A stretch of 64,000 bases of DNA. Source: an uncultured delta proteobacterium. GTDB lineage: Bacteria; Myxococcota_A; Polyangia; Haliangiales; Haliangiaceae. The stretch covers positions 1,760,001-1,824,000 of the forward strand of contig CAWKDB010000010.1 in the NCBI GenBank assembly GCA_963848295.1, given 5' to 3'. A program made the translations under genes and the position numbers. This document shows positions 41,031 to 51,311 of this stretch, piece after piece (within the stretch, counting starts at the first letter, position 1; every line of letters begins with the position of its first letter). The notes under the pieces were generated by a model. The model was given only the letters and a program-made list of their open reading frames with translations, had not been told where the DNA came from and searched no databases.

Positions 41031-42164
41031 ATGTCGCCCCGGACCACGACCGGAACCTCGATCACTGGCTGGGGTGTCTGGCACCCGGACACCACGCTCG
41101 AAAACGACGAGCTATGCGTCGCGTTCAACGAGTTCGTTCACCGCGACAACGCGAAGCACGCCGCCGAGATCGCCGCGGGCACGCGCGAGCCGCTCAAGGA
41201 GAGCTCGTCCGAGTTCATCGTCAAGGCGTCGGGGATTCACTCGCGCTACGTCCAGGACAAGACCGGCCTGCTCGATCCCGAGCGGATGTGCCCGAACCTT
41301 CCGGACCGGCCCGAAGACCAGCTCAGCTATCAAGCCGAGTACAGCGTCAACGCCGCGAAGCGCGCGCTCGCGTCCGCGGGCAAGACCGGGGAAGACGTCG
41401 ACTTCGTCGTGCTCGGCGCGTCGAACTTGCAGCGGCTCTACCCGGCGATCGCGATCGAAGTGCAAGACGCGCTCGGCGCGCGCGGTTACGGCCTCGACAT
41501 GTCGCTCGGTTGCTCGGCGGCGACCGGCGCGGCGACCGTCGCGGCGCAGCAGGTCCAGCTCGGCCTGTCGAAGTGCGCGCTCGTCGTCGTGCCCGAGCTG
41601 ACGACCGGCCACATGAACTGGCGCGAGCGCGACAGCCACTTCATCTTCGGCGACGCCTCGGTCGCGCTCGTGATCGAGCCGACCGCCGCCGCGAAGCCGG
41701 GCTCGTGGGAGATCTTGTCGACGAAGATGTTGTCGAAGTGGTCGAACAACATTCGCAACAACAAGGGCTACCTCGATCGCTGCGATCCCACGACCGAGCA
41801 CAACATCGACAAGCTGTTCCACCAGAACGGCCGCCGCGTGTTCAAGGACGTCGTGCCGCTCGCCGCGAAGTTCATCACCGAGCACCTCGCGGCGCATCAG
41901 CTCGCGCCGAGTCAGGTCGGCCGGTTCTGGCTGCATCAAGCGAACAGCAAGATGAACGACCTGATCGCCGAGCGCGTGCTCGGCCGGCCCGCGACGCAAG
42001 AGGAGTCGCCGGTGATCATCGGCGAGTACGGCAACACCGCATCGGCCGGGTCGCTGATCGCGTTCTCGAACCACAACGAAGACCTCGCGGCCGGGACGTA
42101 CGGCGTGATGTGCTCGTTCGGAGCCGGCTACTCGCTCGGCTCGCTGCTGTTACAGCGCGCGTAG
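41031..42164 (+). CDS. fabH: Beta-ketoacyl-ACP synthase III
   Basis: GCSA, FIFGD, HQAN, YGNTASAG, CSFGAG. Confidence 0.9.
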   Translation: MSPRTTTGTSITGWGVWHPDTTLENDELCVAFNEFVHRDNAKHAAEIAAGTREPLKESSSEFIVKASGIHSRYVQDKTGLLDPERMCPNLPDRPEDQLSYQAEYSVNAAKRALASAGKTGEDVDFVVLGASNLQRLYPAIAIEVQDALGARGYGLDMSLGCSAATGAATVAAQQVQLGLSKCALVVVPELTTGHMNWRERDSHFIFGDASVALVIEPTAAAKPGSWEILSTKMLSKWSNNIRNNKGYLDRCDPTTEHNIDKLFHQNGRRVFKDVVPLAAKFITEHLAAHQLAPSQVGRFWLHQANSKMNDLIAERVLGRPATQEESPVIIGEYGNTASAGSLIAFSNHNEDLAAGTYGVMCSFGAGYSLGSLLLQRA

Positions 42165-42194
42165 CCGCGTTCGGCGTCAGACCGAGCTGCTACC

Positions 42195-44087
42195 GTGCCG
42201 GCGATGCTCGGCACGGCCACCCACGCGCACGACGCCAGCGCCGGCGAGGAGATCCTCGCTCGCGCGCTCGCGCGGTTCGGCCATACGTCGTTGCGGCCCG
42301 GCCAAGCGGATGTGATCGCCGACATCTTCGCGGCGCGGCCGGTGATCGCGGTGATGCCGACCGGCGCCGGCAAGTCATTGTGCTTTCAGTTGCCGGCGAT
42401 CGTGCTCGGCGAGAAGGGCGGCGTCACGCTCGTGATCTCGCCGCTGATCGCGCTGATGAAAGATCAGGTCGACGTGTTGCGGCAACGCGGCGTCGCCGCG
42501 GTCGCGTTGACCTCGGCCGCGGGCCAGGACGAGCAGCGCGAGATCCTCGACGGCATCCGCGCCGGCGCCTACACGCTGGTCTACGTCGCGCCCGAGCGGT
42601 TTCGCAGCCCGCGGTTCGTCGACGCGCTGCGGGCGAGCGCGGGCAAGCTCGCGCTGGTCGCGGTCGACGAGGCGCACTGCATCTCGGAGTGGGGCCACGA
42701 CTTCCGCCCGGACTACCGCCGGATCGGCGAGGTGATTCGCGAGCTGGGCGTCGCGCGGGTCGCCGCGTTCACCGCGACCGCGACGCCCGAGGTCCGCCGC
42801 GATATCGCGGTCCAGCTAGGGTTCGCCGAGCCGCGGTTGCACGTCCGCGGCTTCGACCGGCCGAACCTGCGCTACGAGGTCGTCAAGTGCGGCGGCGCGG
42901 CGGACAAGAACGAAAAGCTCGCGGACCTGGTGCGCACGCGCGACGGCGGCGTCGCGCTGGTCTACGCATCGACTCGCAAGAACGCCGAGACGTACTCGGC
43001 GGCACTGCGCAAGTCCGGGATGCGCGTCCGCGTCTATCACGCGGGGCTCGAGGGCGACGTTCGCGAGCGCGCGCAAGACGTGTTCATGTCGGGCAAGCTC
43101 GACGTCATCGTCGCGACCAACGCGTTCGGCATGGGCGTCGACAAGAGCGACATCCGGCTCGTCGTCCACGCTGATATTCCGCGCAGCCCCGAGGCATACT
43201 ACCAAGAAGCCGGCCGCGGCGGACGCGATGGCCTGCCGACCCGCTGCGTGCTGTTGTTCAACCACAGCGACGTGCGGATGCAGGAGTTCCTGATCGACGC
43301 GTCGTATCCGTCGACCGAGGTGCTGCGCGGTCTGTGGAAGCTGCTGCGCGAACGGCCGGAGCTCGGCACGTTCGAGCGCGGCCAAGACGCGGTCGAGGCG
43401 AAGCTGCGCGAGCTCGTGCCCGGTAGCCCGAGCGGCGCGATGATCAGCTCGGCGCTGCGCATCTTGGAACGCCACGGCATGTTGCATCGCGACGACGAAC
43501 GCTACCTGGCGACCCGGCCCGAGCCCGGTCAGTTCGCGCCGCTCGATGTCGAGTCGCTGGCGCGCCGCGCGGACAACGAGCGCGGCAAACTGCGCACGAT
43601 GGTCGAGTATGCGTACTACACGCAGTGCCGGCGCCAGTTCGTGCTCGAATACTTCGGCGACGAAGACTGGCTCGATCGCTCGCGGCGGTGCGGCGCCTGC
43701 GATACCTGCGACGCCGTCGCGCACGGCCGTACCGTCGCGCTCGCGGATGGCGAGCTCGACGCGATCCGCAACGTCCTCGCGATGATCGGCGCCCTCTCCG
43801 GCCGATTCGGGCGCAAGCGCGTCGCGGATCTCGCGAACGCGACCGACGACGACGAACGGTTCACCGAGCTACCGCAACGCGGCTGCCTGCGCGGATGGTC
43901 GCAGCGCCACGTCATGGACCTGCTGCGCGCGCTCGAAGCCGCCGGGCTGATCGAAGCATCGCGCGGCGAGTACCCGACGATCGCGACGACCCGCCGCGGT
44001 GATCTCGCCGCGATCGGCAAGCTCGAAGGCGCCGAGCTGGGCGTGCAGATGCCGACCGTCGCGAAGCGCAAGCCCCGCAAACGCTGA
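42195..44087 (+). CDS. recQ: RecQ family DNA helicase
   Basis: MPTGAGKS, DEAHCISEWGHDFRP, TATAT, AFGMGVDK, YYQEAGRGGRDG, Zn-binding Cys. Confidence 0.93.
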   Translation: MPAMLGTATHAHDASAGEEILARALARFGHTSLRPGQADVIADIFAARPVIAVMPTGAGKSLCFQLPAIVLGEKGGVTLVISPLIALMKDQVDVLRQRGVAAVALTSAAGQDEQREILDGIRAGAYTLVYVAPERFRSPRFVDALRASAGKLALVAVDEAHCISEWGHDFRPDYRRIGEVIRELGVARVAAFTATATPEVRRDIAVQLGFAEPRLHVRGFDRPNLRYEVVKCGGAADKNEKLADLVRTRDGGVALVYASTRKNAETYSAALRKSGMRVRVYHAGLEGDVRERAQDVFMSGKLDVIVATNAFGMGVDKSDIRLVVHADIPRSPEAYYQEAGRGGRDGLPTRCVLLFNHSDVRMQEFLIDASYPSTEVLRGLWKLLRERPELGTFERGQDAVEAKLRELVPGSPSGAMISSALRILERHGMLHRDDERYLATRPEPGQFAPLDVESLARRADNERGKLRTMVEYAYYTQCRRQFVLEYFGDEDWLDRSRRCGACDTCDAVAHGRTVALADGELDAIRNVLAMIGALSGRFGRKRVADLANATDDDERFTELPQRGCLRGWSQRHVMDLLRALEAAGLIEASRGEYPTIATTRRGDLAAIGKLEGAELGVQMPTVAKRKPRKR

Positions 44088-44151
44088 CGTAGCCGTGGAC
44101 GGTGGAACCTTTGTCAACTTGCTCGCGGCTCCGGTAGGCTGGGGCCAGGCC

Positions 44152-44403
44152 ATGCACTCGCGAGACACCTCGGACGCCGCACATCTCGCACAACTGCGCG
44201 TGTACGCGGGCATGACCGGCGAGCAGCGCGTCGAGCTCGCGATGGCGCTCTCGGAACGCGTGCGCGAGATCGCTCGCGAAGGGATTCGCGCGCGGCACCC
44301 GGACTACACGGCTCGTCAGGTCGAGCTCGCGCTCCTCTGCACGCTTTACGGCGCAGATCTGATTCGCCGCGCCTTCCCCTCGGAAGCTCCGCTCCCGCCA
44401 TGA
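44152..44403 (+). CDS. Small putative antitoxin
   Basis: DTS...MTGEQRVELA...GIRARHPDY; ATGA overlap with the NTase. Confidence 0.75.
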   Translation: MHSRDTSDAAHLAQLRVYAGMTGEQRVELAMALSERVREIAREGIRARHPDYTARQVELALLCTLYGADLIRRAFPSEAPLPP

Positions 44404-44948
44404 GCGCGGAGCTGCTGCTACGCATCGTGAGCATGATCGAGACCGCGCACGTTCCGTACATGATCACCGGTTCGTTTTCGAGCACGCACCACGGCGCCCC
44501 GCGCGCGACACACGATATCGACATCGTCATCGACCCGACGGTGGACACGTTCGACCTTCTACTGGGACAGATGAACGAGGCCGACTACTACGTCGACTCC
44601 GATACCGCGCGAGACGCACTGCGCCGGCGATCGCAGTTCAACGTGATCGACCTCGCCACGGGGTGGAAAGTCGACCTGGTGATTCGCAAAGACCGGCCCT
44701 TCAGCGTCGAGGAGCTCCGCCGCCGCATGCCGGCGACCATGCTCGGCGTCGCGGTGTTCGTTGCGACCGCCGAGGACGCCATCTTGTCAAAGCTCGAGTG
44801 GGCAAAGCTCGGCGACTCGGAACGGCAGCTCAGAGATGCCGCGAACATCCTGGCGGTCCACCGTGACACGCTCGACACGGCATACGTGGAGCGCTGGGCC
44901 GATGCCCTCGGCGTCCGAGCGCTGTGGAATCAGATCACCACGCGGTGA
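44400..44948 (+). CDS. DUF6036-like nucleotidyltransferase
   Basis: YMITGSFSSTHHGAPRATHDIDIVID and EDAILSKLEW...SERQLRD. Confidence 0.85.
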   Translation: MSAELLLRIVSMIETAHVPYMITGSFSSTHHGAPRATHDIDIVIDPTVDTFDLLLGQMNEADYYVDSDTARDALRRRSQFNVIDLATGWKVDLVIRKDRPFSVEELRRRMPATMLGVAVFVATAEDAILSKLEWAKLGDSERQLRDAANILAVHRDTLDTAYVERWADALGVRALWNQITTR

Positions 44949-45334
44949 CCGGGTCCTGTCGGACCGCAAGTTGACAATAGAGACAGCGTCCCCAGCTCAC
45001 TGGACAGCGAGCCGTCTTTCGCCTCGCGAATCACGGTAGGCGCATCCCACGAGGCGAGGTAGCCGCCGGGAATCGCCTGCCACGACTCCGGCGCGCCGTT
45101 GATGTTCAGGCCGCGAATCGGTCGCCTGCGCCGCGGCGAGCCGTCGATCGCGGAGCGCTCGGCGATCGCGCCGTCGCCGTCGCGATTCCATTCGTACAGC
45201 GTGTCGCCGATCATCCCGACGAACTCACCGGCCAGGGCCCACGGTGCCGGGCTTTTCGCGGGCGCCGCGCCCACGTGCGGGACCGCGATCGCCGTTGCGA
45301 GCGCCGAGACCAGGCAGCCGACCAGGAGCTTCAT
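44930..45334 (-). CDS. Secreted hypothetical protein, possibly C-terminally truncated
   Basis: Signal peptide; 3' end runs through the repeat motif into the NTase gene. Confidence 0.5.
   Translation of the reverse strand: MKLLVGCLVSALATAIAVPHVGAAPAKSPAPWALAGEFVGMIGDTLYEWNRDGDGAIAERSAIDGSPRRRRPIRGLNINGAPESWQAIPGGYLASWDAPTVIREAKDGSLSSELGTLSLLSTCGPTGPGHRVVI
44970..44997. repeat. Dispersed REP-like motif, copy B
   Basis: GTTGACAATAGAGACAGCGTCCCCAGCT, similar to 20951-20977. Confidence 0.7.
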
Positions 45335-45408
45335 GGTGGTCCGGACGTATGGCTCCGGCCAATGGTCTCACCCGATGTGCAGCTCGACTGCGGGTGTACG
45401 CTGCGGTC

Positions 45409-47679
45409 GTGGTCGACGACGATGCGCATGCCGACGTCGAGCTCGCCGAGCTCGAGCTGACGGATCCGCCGCGCACCGCCGGCGGGCTCAAGGCGCTGTT
45501 CGTCACGGCGCAGCATCTCCAACGCGACTCCGGCCTCGGCCGCGGCGCCCGCGCGCTGGCGGCGATGAACCAGCCGACCGGGTTCGATTGCCCGGGGTGC
45601 GCGTGGCCCGAGCCCGCCGCGGAGTCGCGCCCGAAGATCGAGTTCTGCGAGAACGGCGCGAAGGCGCTCGCCGAGGAGGCGATGACCGCCCGCGCGACAC
45701 CGGAGCTGTTCGCGGAGCTCTCGGTCGACGAGCTGCGAACGCTGTCCGACTTCGAGCTCGGCCAGCTCGGCCGGTTGACCCATCCGATGGTGCTCGAGGG
45801 TCGCCACTACCGGCCGATCGAGTGGGCTGGCGCGTTCGAGCTGATCGCGAGCGAGCTGCGCACCGCCGGGCCGCGCGGCTCGGCGTTCTACACGTCGGGG
45901 CGAACGTCGAACGAAGCGGCGTTTCTGTATCAGCTCGTGGGCCGGATGCTCGGCACGAACAACTTCCCCGATTGCTCGAACATGTGCCACGAGTCGAGCG
46001 GCGTCGCGCTCGGCGAGACGATCGGCATCGGCAAAGGTACCGTCACGCTCGCGGACTTCGATCACGCGGATCTGATCTTCGTCGTCGGCCAGAACCCGGG
46101 CACGAACCACCCACGCATGCTGACGACGCTGCGCGAGTGCGCGAAGCGCGGCGCGACGATCGTCAGCATCAACCCGTTGCGCGAGGTCGGCCTGTCGCGA
46201 TTCGCACATCCGCAGCATCCGCTCGATCTGCTGGCCGGCGGCGTCGCGCTCGCCAAAGAGTTCGTCCAGGTCCAGATCGGCGGCGATCAGGCGTTCTTCC
46301 TCGGCCTCGGCAAGGCGGTGCTCGAAGCCGATGGACTGGCCCATGCGTTCATCGCGGACCGCACGCAAGGCTTCGAGGACTGGGCCGCGCATGCGCGCGC
46401 CACGGCGTGGACGACGATCACCGAATGCGCCGGCATCGACGAAGCCACGATCCGTCGCATCGCTCAGCTCTATGCGAGCTCGCACGCGGTGATCACGTGC
46501 TGGGCGATGGGCCTGACCCAGCACAAGCACGCGGTCGCGACGATCCAGGAGATCGTCAACCTGACGCTGCTCCGCGGCAACCTCGGCCGCGCCGGCGCCG
46601 GGCTCTGTCCGGTGCGCGGACACTCGAACGTCCAGGGCGATCGCACGATGGGCATCGATCATCACCCGTCGCAGCAGTTCCTCGACGCGCTCGCGGCGGT
46701 CGCGGGCTTCGTGCCGCCGCGCGGCAAAGGCCTCGACACGGTCGACACGCTGCGCGCGATCGAGCGCGACGAAGTGCAGGCGCTCGTCATGCTCGGTGGC
46801 AACCTCGCTGCGGCGAGCCCCGACACCGAGCGCGTCGCGCGCGGTCTCGAGCGCTGCGAGCTCACCGCGTCGATCTCGACGAAGCTCAACCGCACGCACC
46901 TTCACCCCGGCCGGCGCGCGCTGATCCTGCCGTGCCTCGGCCGCAGCGAGCGCGATGTCCAAGCCGGCGGCGAACAGTTCGTCACGGTCGAAGACTCGAT
47001 GAGCATGGTGCACAGCTCGCGCGGCGTGCTCGACCCGGCGAGTCCCGAGCTGCGCAGCGAACCCGCGATCGTCGCCGGCCTCGGCCGTGCGCTGTTCGGC
47101 GATAACATCGCGTGGGCGAACCTGATCGCCGACTACGATCACATCCGCGATTGGATCGCGCGCGTCGTGCCCGGGTTCGCCGACTTCAACGCGCGCGTGC
47201 GCGAACCGAGCGGCTTCGAGCTGCCGAGCTCGGCGCGCGACGGCACGTTCACCGCGATGGCCGGTCGCGTGAAGTTCACGACCTCGCCGTTGCCCGACCT
47301 CGCGCTGCCGCCCGGCCGACTGCGGCTGATGACGATCCGCAGCCACGACCAGTACAACACGACGATCTACGGCCTCGACGACCGCTATCGCGGCGTCCGG
47401 GGCGAGCGCCGCGTCGTGTTCATGAACGCCGCAGATATGATCGAGCTCGGGCTCGCCGAGCGCCAGGTCGTGGATCTCATCTCCGAGTGGACCGACGGCG
47501 AGCGCATCGCGCCGAGGTTCATCGTCGTGCCGTACCACCTGCCGCGACGCAACGCCGCGGCGTACTTCCCCGAGGCGAACGCGCTCGTCCCGCTCGACAG
47601 CGTCGCGGACAAGTCGAACACGCCGACGTCGAAGTCGGTGACGGTCCGGATCGAGCCGACGCGTCGCTCGAGCGACTAG
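45409..47679 (+). CDS. FdhF/YdeP family molybdopterin oxidoreductase
   Basis: GFDCPGCAWP, EFCENGAKA, YTSGRTSNE, PDCSNMCHESSG, RSHDQYNTTIYG. Confidence 0.95.
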   Translation: MVDDDAHADVELAELELTDPPRTAGGLKALFVTAQHLQRDSGLGRGARALAAMNQPTGFDCPGCAWPEPAAESRPKIEFCENGAKALAEEAMTARATPELFAELSVDELRTLSDFELGQLGRLTHPMVLEGRHYRPIEWAGAFELIASELRTAGPRGSAFYTSGRTSNEAAFLYQLVGRMLGTNNFPDCSNMCHESSGVALGETIGIGKGTVTLADFDHADLIFVVGQNPGTNHPRMLTTLRECAKRGATIVSINPLREVGLSRFAHPQHPLDLLAGGVALAKEFVQVQIGGDQAFFLGLGKAVLEADGLAHAFIADRTQGFEDWAAHARATAWTTITECAGIDEATIRRIAQLYASSHAVITCWAMGLTQHKHAVATIQEIVNLTLLRGNLGRAGAGLCPVRGHSNVQGDRTMGIDHHPSQQFLDALAAVAGFVPPRGKGLDTVDTLRAIERDEVQALVMLGGNLAAASPDTERVARGLERCELTASISTKLNRTHLHPGRRALILPCLGRSERDVQAGGEQFVTVEDSMSMVHSSRGVLDPASPELRSEPAIVAGLGRALFGDNIAWANLIADYDHIRDWIARVVPGFADFNARVREPSGFELPSSARDGTFTAMAGRVKFTTSPLPDLALPPGRLRLMTIRSHDQYNTTIYGLDDRYRGVRGERRVVFMNAADMIELGLAERQVVDLISEWTDGERIAPRFIVVPYHLPRRNAAAYFPEANALVPLDSVADKSNTPTSKSVTVRIEPTRRSSD

Positions 47680-48923
47680 AAGTCGAGCTTGATCGTCGCG
47701 CCGCCACCGCCGGGCAAGATCACCGGCGTGACGACGAATTGATCTTTGTGCTTGCGATGGCCCTGGGCATGCTCGGTCGACGTCTGGGAGTCCTTGTTGA
47801 TGACGAACGCCTCGACGAACGCGACGATCGTGAAGCCGGCCGCGACGCCGGTGCCGATCGTGCCGACATAGGACACGGCCTGGTTGCGTCCACCCGCGCT
47901 GCAGGACTTACCGAGGCCCGTCGGATCCGCCGCAATATTCGCCTCGGTGCATTTGCTGCCGTACTGCGGGAGAAACCCACCTGGATCGTTGGGGTCGCTG
48001 CTATTCCACCGACCGGTCGGGTGCAGCTGCGAGTACCCGTAGGCCCACGTCGCACCGAATGCGGCCGTCGCGATCGCGCCGCCGATGAACGCCTTCTTCC
48101 AGCCGTTCCCGCCCGTCCGGGGCACCGTGCCGCCGCCCATGTGCGAGCCGTCATCGCAATCCGGCGCGCCCGGACAGTGCGGCGGCGGAGGCGTGATCGT
48201 CGTCGACATCGGCACCGGCTCGGCCGGGACGCTCGTCGACTGCCCCGCAGTGATCGTGATGTCGGTGTCGTACGGCTGGAAGCCCTGCGCTTCGATCCGC
48301 AGCTTGTAATGACCTTCGGGCAGGCCGCTGATCTGGGCCCGTCCGGCGACGATGTTGCCCCGCTCTTCGTTGTCGATCAGCACGGTGCCGCGATCGATGT
48401 TCTTCGCGATGATGACGAGCTGGCCGGAGCTGGTCTCGCCCGTGAGCTTGGCGTAGCCGGTCATCGCCCAGCGCTGCAGGCCTTGTCCGGTCGCTTGAGC
48501 GAGCGGAATCTGCTCGCTCCACGTCTTCTCCATCTGCTTCTTCGTGACATTCAGCAGCTTGAGGTCGACGCGGTACGACTTACCTTCCTTCGAGATCTTG
48601 CCGAACATCAGCATCTCGGCGCCGATGTCGTTGCCGATCGACGCCATGCACGCGGGTGCCTCGTTGTCGCAGTTCTTGATCAGCTTCTCGTCGATCAGCT
48701 CCCTGTCACTGCCGGGCGCGAGCGAGTACGGACCCGAGCCGACCTTCGCTCGCGAGCGCAGGCCCTCGGTCAGCTCCTTCGCTACGGTCGTGTCGGCTGC
48801 TGCGATGCCGTTGGTGTCGGCGACCTCGATGCCGAGGACGGCGATCGACGGCTTCGGGCCCGCGTGGGCGCTCGCAGCCGCCAGCACCACGGCGATGCAG
48901 GCTAGCGGAAGGACTCGGATCAT
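47676..48923 (-). CDS. PEGA domain secreted/membrane protein
   Basis: Signal peptide; GTVLID...GLPEGHYKLRIEAQGF. Confidence 0.8.
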   Translation of the reverse strand: MIRVLPLACIAVVLAAASAHAGPKPSIAVLGIEVADTNGIAAADTTVAKELTEGLRSRAKVGSGPYSLAPGSDRELIDEKLIKNCDNEAPACMASIGNDIGAEMLMFGKISKEGKSYRVDLKLLNVTKKQMEKTWSEQIPLAQATGQGLQRWAMTGYAKLTGETSSGQLVIIAKNIDRGTVLIDNEERGNIVAGRAQISGLPEGHYKLRIEAQGFQPYDTDITITAGQSTSVPAEPVPMSTTITPPPPHCPGAPDCDDGSHMGGGTVPRTGGNGWKKAFIGGAIATAAFGATWAYGYSQLHPTGRWNSSDPNDPGGFLPQYGSKCTEANIAADPTGLGKSCSAGGRNQAVSYVGTIGTGVAAGFTIVAFVEAFVINKDSQTSTEHAQGHRKHKDQFVVTPVILPGGGGATIKLDF

Positions 48924-49007
48924 GGCTCCTCGGCCAAATAGTATACACGTTTGGTCGAGCGGGTAACCTGGCTTGCCGGAATTGACCGGGCTAGGCTTGC
49001 CGAGCGA

Positions 49008-50471
49008 ATGCGGACGCTATCAGCGCGGATCCTCCTCGGTTTTACCGCGCTGACCGTGGCCTTCGGGGTGATCACCGCGACCGTCGTGGTCAACATGCAG
49101 AAGGTCGAGGACCAGATCCTCCTGGTCAGCGCCGCTTACGTCCCGCTGGCGCTGACCAGCAAGGACCTCGCGGTCCACCAACGCGACCTCAAGACGCTCG
49201 TCGATGACGGGTTCGAAGACGCTCCCGGGCTGACCCGCGCCCGCCTCCTCCGCGACCAGTCGCTGACCCGGACGTTGCAGATCCTCGATCAGCGCGATGA
49301 GCCGGTCACCGCCGATATCTCCGACTTCCACGACAAGATCCTGCACATGCAGACCGAGGCGTCGAACATCAAGCCGCTATACGTCAACCTGATCGCGAAG
49401 CTTCACAATCATGTGAACCTCTCGACCGACCCGACGATCGGCCAGCTGCGCAACGCCGAGACCCAGCTCGAGCACGAGGCATCGGAGCTGACGCGGAGCC
49501 TCGAAGAGCGCGTGCGCAGCACCGCGAGCCAGCTGCGCTCGCGCGAGCACACGCTGCGGCTCGGGACGATTTACCTCGGGATCACCGCGATCGTGCTCGG
49601 CTTGCTGATCACGATCTGGGTGTTGATCACGCTGCGGCCGCTGCGCCGGCTGCAGATCGCGGCTCGTCGGGTCGCATCCGGTGACTACGCGAGCCGGATC
49701 CCGGTCAAGGGGCCGCTCGAGGTCGCCGATCTCGCCCGCGAGCTCAACTCGATGGCGCACGCGATCGAGGAACGCGAGCACGAGCTCGTGCGGTCCGAGC
49801 GGCTCGCGGCGGTCGGCAAGATCGCGGCGATGATCACGCACGAGGTGCGCAATCCGCTGTCATCGATCGGGCTCAACACCGAGCTGCTCGAGGACGAGCT
49901 CGGCAAGCCGGGCGACGCGACCGAAGCGCGCGAGCTGTGCCGCTCGATCCACCGCGAGGTCGATCGGCTGACGCAGATCACCGAGGAGTATTTGGCATTC
50001 GCGCGCCTGCCGAAGCCGAAGCTCGCCTACGAGCAGATCAACCCGTTGGTCGAAGCGCTCGCCGGGTTCGTGCGCGAGGATCTGGCCGCAAAGCACGTGA
50101 GGCTGACGGTCGAGCTCGGCGCGAGCGACCCGGCGGCGATGGTCGACGCGGCACAACTGCGCCAGTGCCTGATGAACCTCGTGCGCAACGCATCCGAAGC
50201 GGTGGTCGCGAAGGGCGGCGGAAATGTGGCACTGCGCACGATCCTCCGGGATAACAGGGTCGTGATCGAGGTCTCCGATGATGGCGTCGGGGTTTCGGCG
50301 GAGGTGCTACCGCGGTTGTTCGATCCGTTCTTCTCCACCAAAGAAGGCGGCAGCGGCTTGGGCCTGGCGCTCACCCAGCAGATCGTCAAAGACCACGATG
50401 GCGATCTGAGCGTGGAGAGCACGGTCGGGCGCGGGACGACCTTCACGATCAGCGTGCAAGCGCGCGGGTGA
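49008..50471 (+). CDS. HAMP sensor histidine kinase
   Basis: Two TM segments, HEVRNPL, NLVRNA, DDGVG, FDPFFSTK, GSGLGL. Confidence 0.95.
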   Translation: MRTLSARILLGFTALTVAFGVITATVVVNMQKVEDQILLVSAAYVPLALTSKDLAVHQRDLKTLVDDGFEDAPGLTRARLLRDQSLTRTLQILDQRDEPVTADISDFHDKILHMQTEASNIKPLYVNLIAKLHNHVNLSTDPTIGQLRNAETQLEHEASELTRSLEERVRSTASQLRSREHTLRLGTIYLGITAIVLGLLITIWVLITLRPLRRLQIAARRVASGDYASRIPVKGPLEVADLARELNSMAHAIEEREHELVRSERLAAVGKIAAMITHEVRNPLSSIGLNTELLEDELGKPGDATEARELCRSIHREVDRLTQITEEYLAFARLPKPKLAYEQINPLVEALAGFVREDLAAKHVRLTVELGASDPAAMVDAAQLRQCLMNLVRNASEAVVAKGGGNVALRTILRDNRVVIEVSDDGVGVSAEVLPRLFDPFFSTKEGGSGLGLALTQQIVKDHDGDLSVESTVGRGTTFTISVQARG

Positions 50472-50513
50472 AGCTTGCGATCGCCGCCATGCCGGGGGAT
50501 CATCTCCGCTCGC

Positions 50514-51248
50514 ATGGCAGTATCGGACGACGAAAAGCGCAACAGCGACCGCGAGCCGGTCACGCTGTTCGTCGAATACGAAGGCGCCGAGGATCTGGTC
50601 GGCGACTACACCGAGAACCTGTCGCACGGCGGCACGTTCGTCGCCACGAACCGCGAGCTGCCGATCGGCACGAGGGTGCACCTCGTGCTCAGCTTCCCGG
50701 GGTTGCTCGAGGCGGTCTCGATCGAGGGGGTCGTGCGATGGACTCGCGGCGACGACGCCGGCGCGGGCTGCGGTCTCGAGTTCGCCGCCGGTCCGGCCCG
50801 CGACCAGCTCGGCGCCGTGATCGATCGGATCCGCGCCCGCGACCCCAAGACGATGACGCGGTTGTTTCGCGTGCTCGTCGTCGAAGACAACCGCCATGTC
50901 GCGAACCTGATCCACGACGGCTTGAAGGGCAGCTCGCGCCGCGATTTCGGCGGCGGCCTGTCGTTCCACGTGCGCAGTGCCGAGGACGGCCGGCAAGCGA
51001 TCGAGGTGCTGCGCAAAGAGACGTTCGATGCGCTGATCATCGACGTCTACCTGCCCGTCCTCGACGGCGCGAAGGTGATCCAGGTCGCGCGCACCGAGCT
51101 GGGCCTGACCGACGTGCCGATCATCGCCGTGTCCGCCGGTGGCGACGCCGCTCGGCGCTCGGCGCTCGAAGCCGGCGCGAACATCTTTCTCGACAAGCCG
51201 ATGCGCCTGCGCCAGGTCATCGAGACGATCCAGCGCCTGCTCGTCTAG
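50514..51248 (+). CDS. PilZ (TIGR02266-type) plus receiver domain protein
   Basis: KRNSDR, TENLSHGGTFV; VLVVEDN, IIDVYLP, DKP. Confidence 0.9.
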   Translation: MAVSDDEKRNSDREPVTLFVEYEGAEDLVGDYTENLSHGGTFVATNRELPIGTRVHLVLSFPGLLEAVSIEGVVRWTRGDDAGAGCGLEFAAGPARDQLGAVIDRIRARDPKTMTRLFRVLVVEDNRHVANLIHDGLKGSSRRDFGGGLSFHVRSAEDGRQAIEVLRKETFDALIIDVYLPVLDGAKVIQVARTELGLTDVPIIAVSAGGDAARRSALEAGANIFLDKPMRLRQVIETIQRLLV

Positions 51249-51311
51249 GCTGGCGCGAAACGCGCCGTGGTCTGGCGCCGGCGGTCACCGCGACGCAGGT
51301 ACGCTCTTTCG

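Larger units (their letters stand above)
44111..44977. mobile_element. Possible inverted-repeat-bounded TA cassette
   Basis: TTGTCAACTTGC (44111-44122) and GCAAGTTGACAA (44966-44977) flank a two-gene module. Confidence 0.4.
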
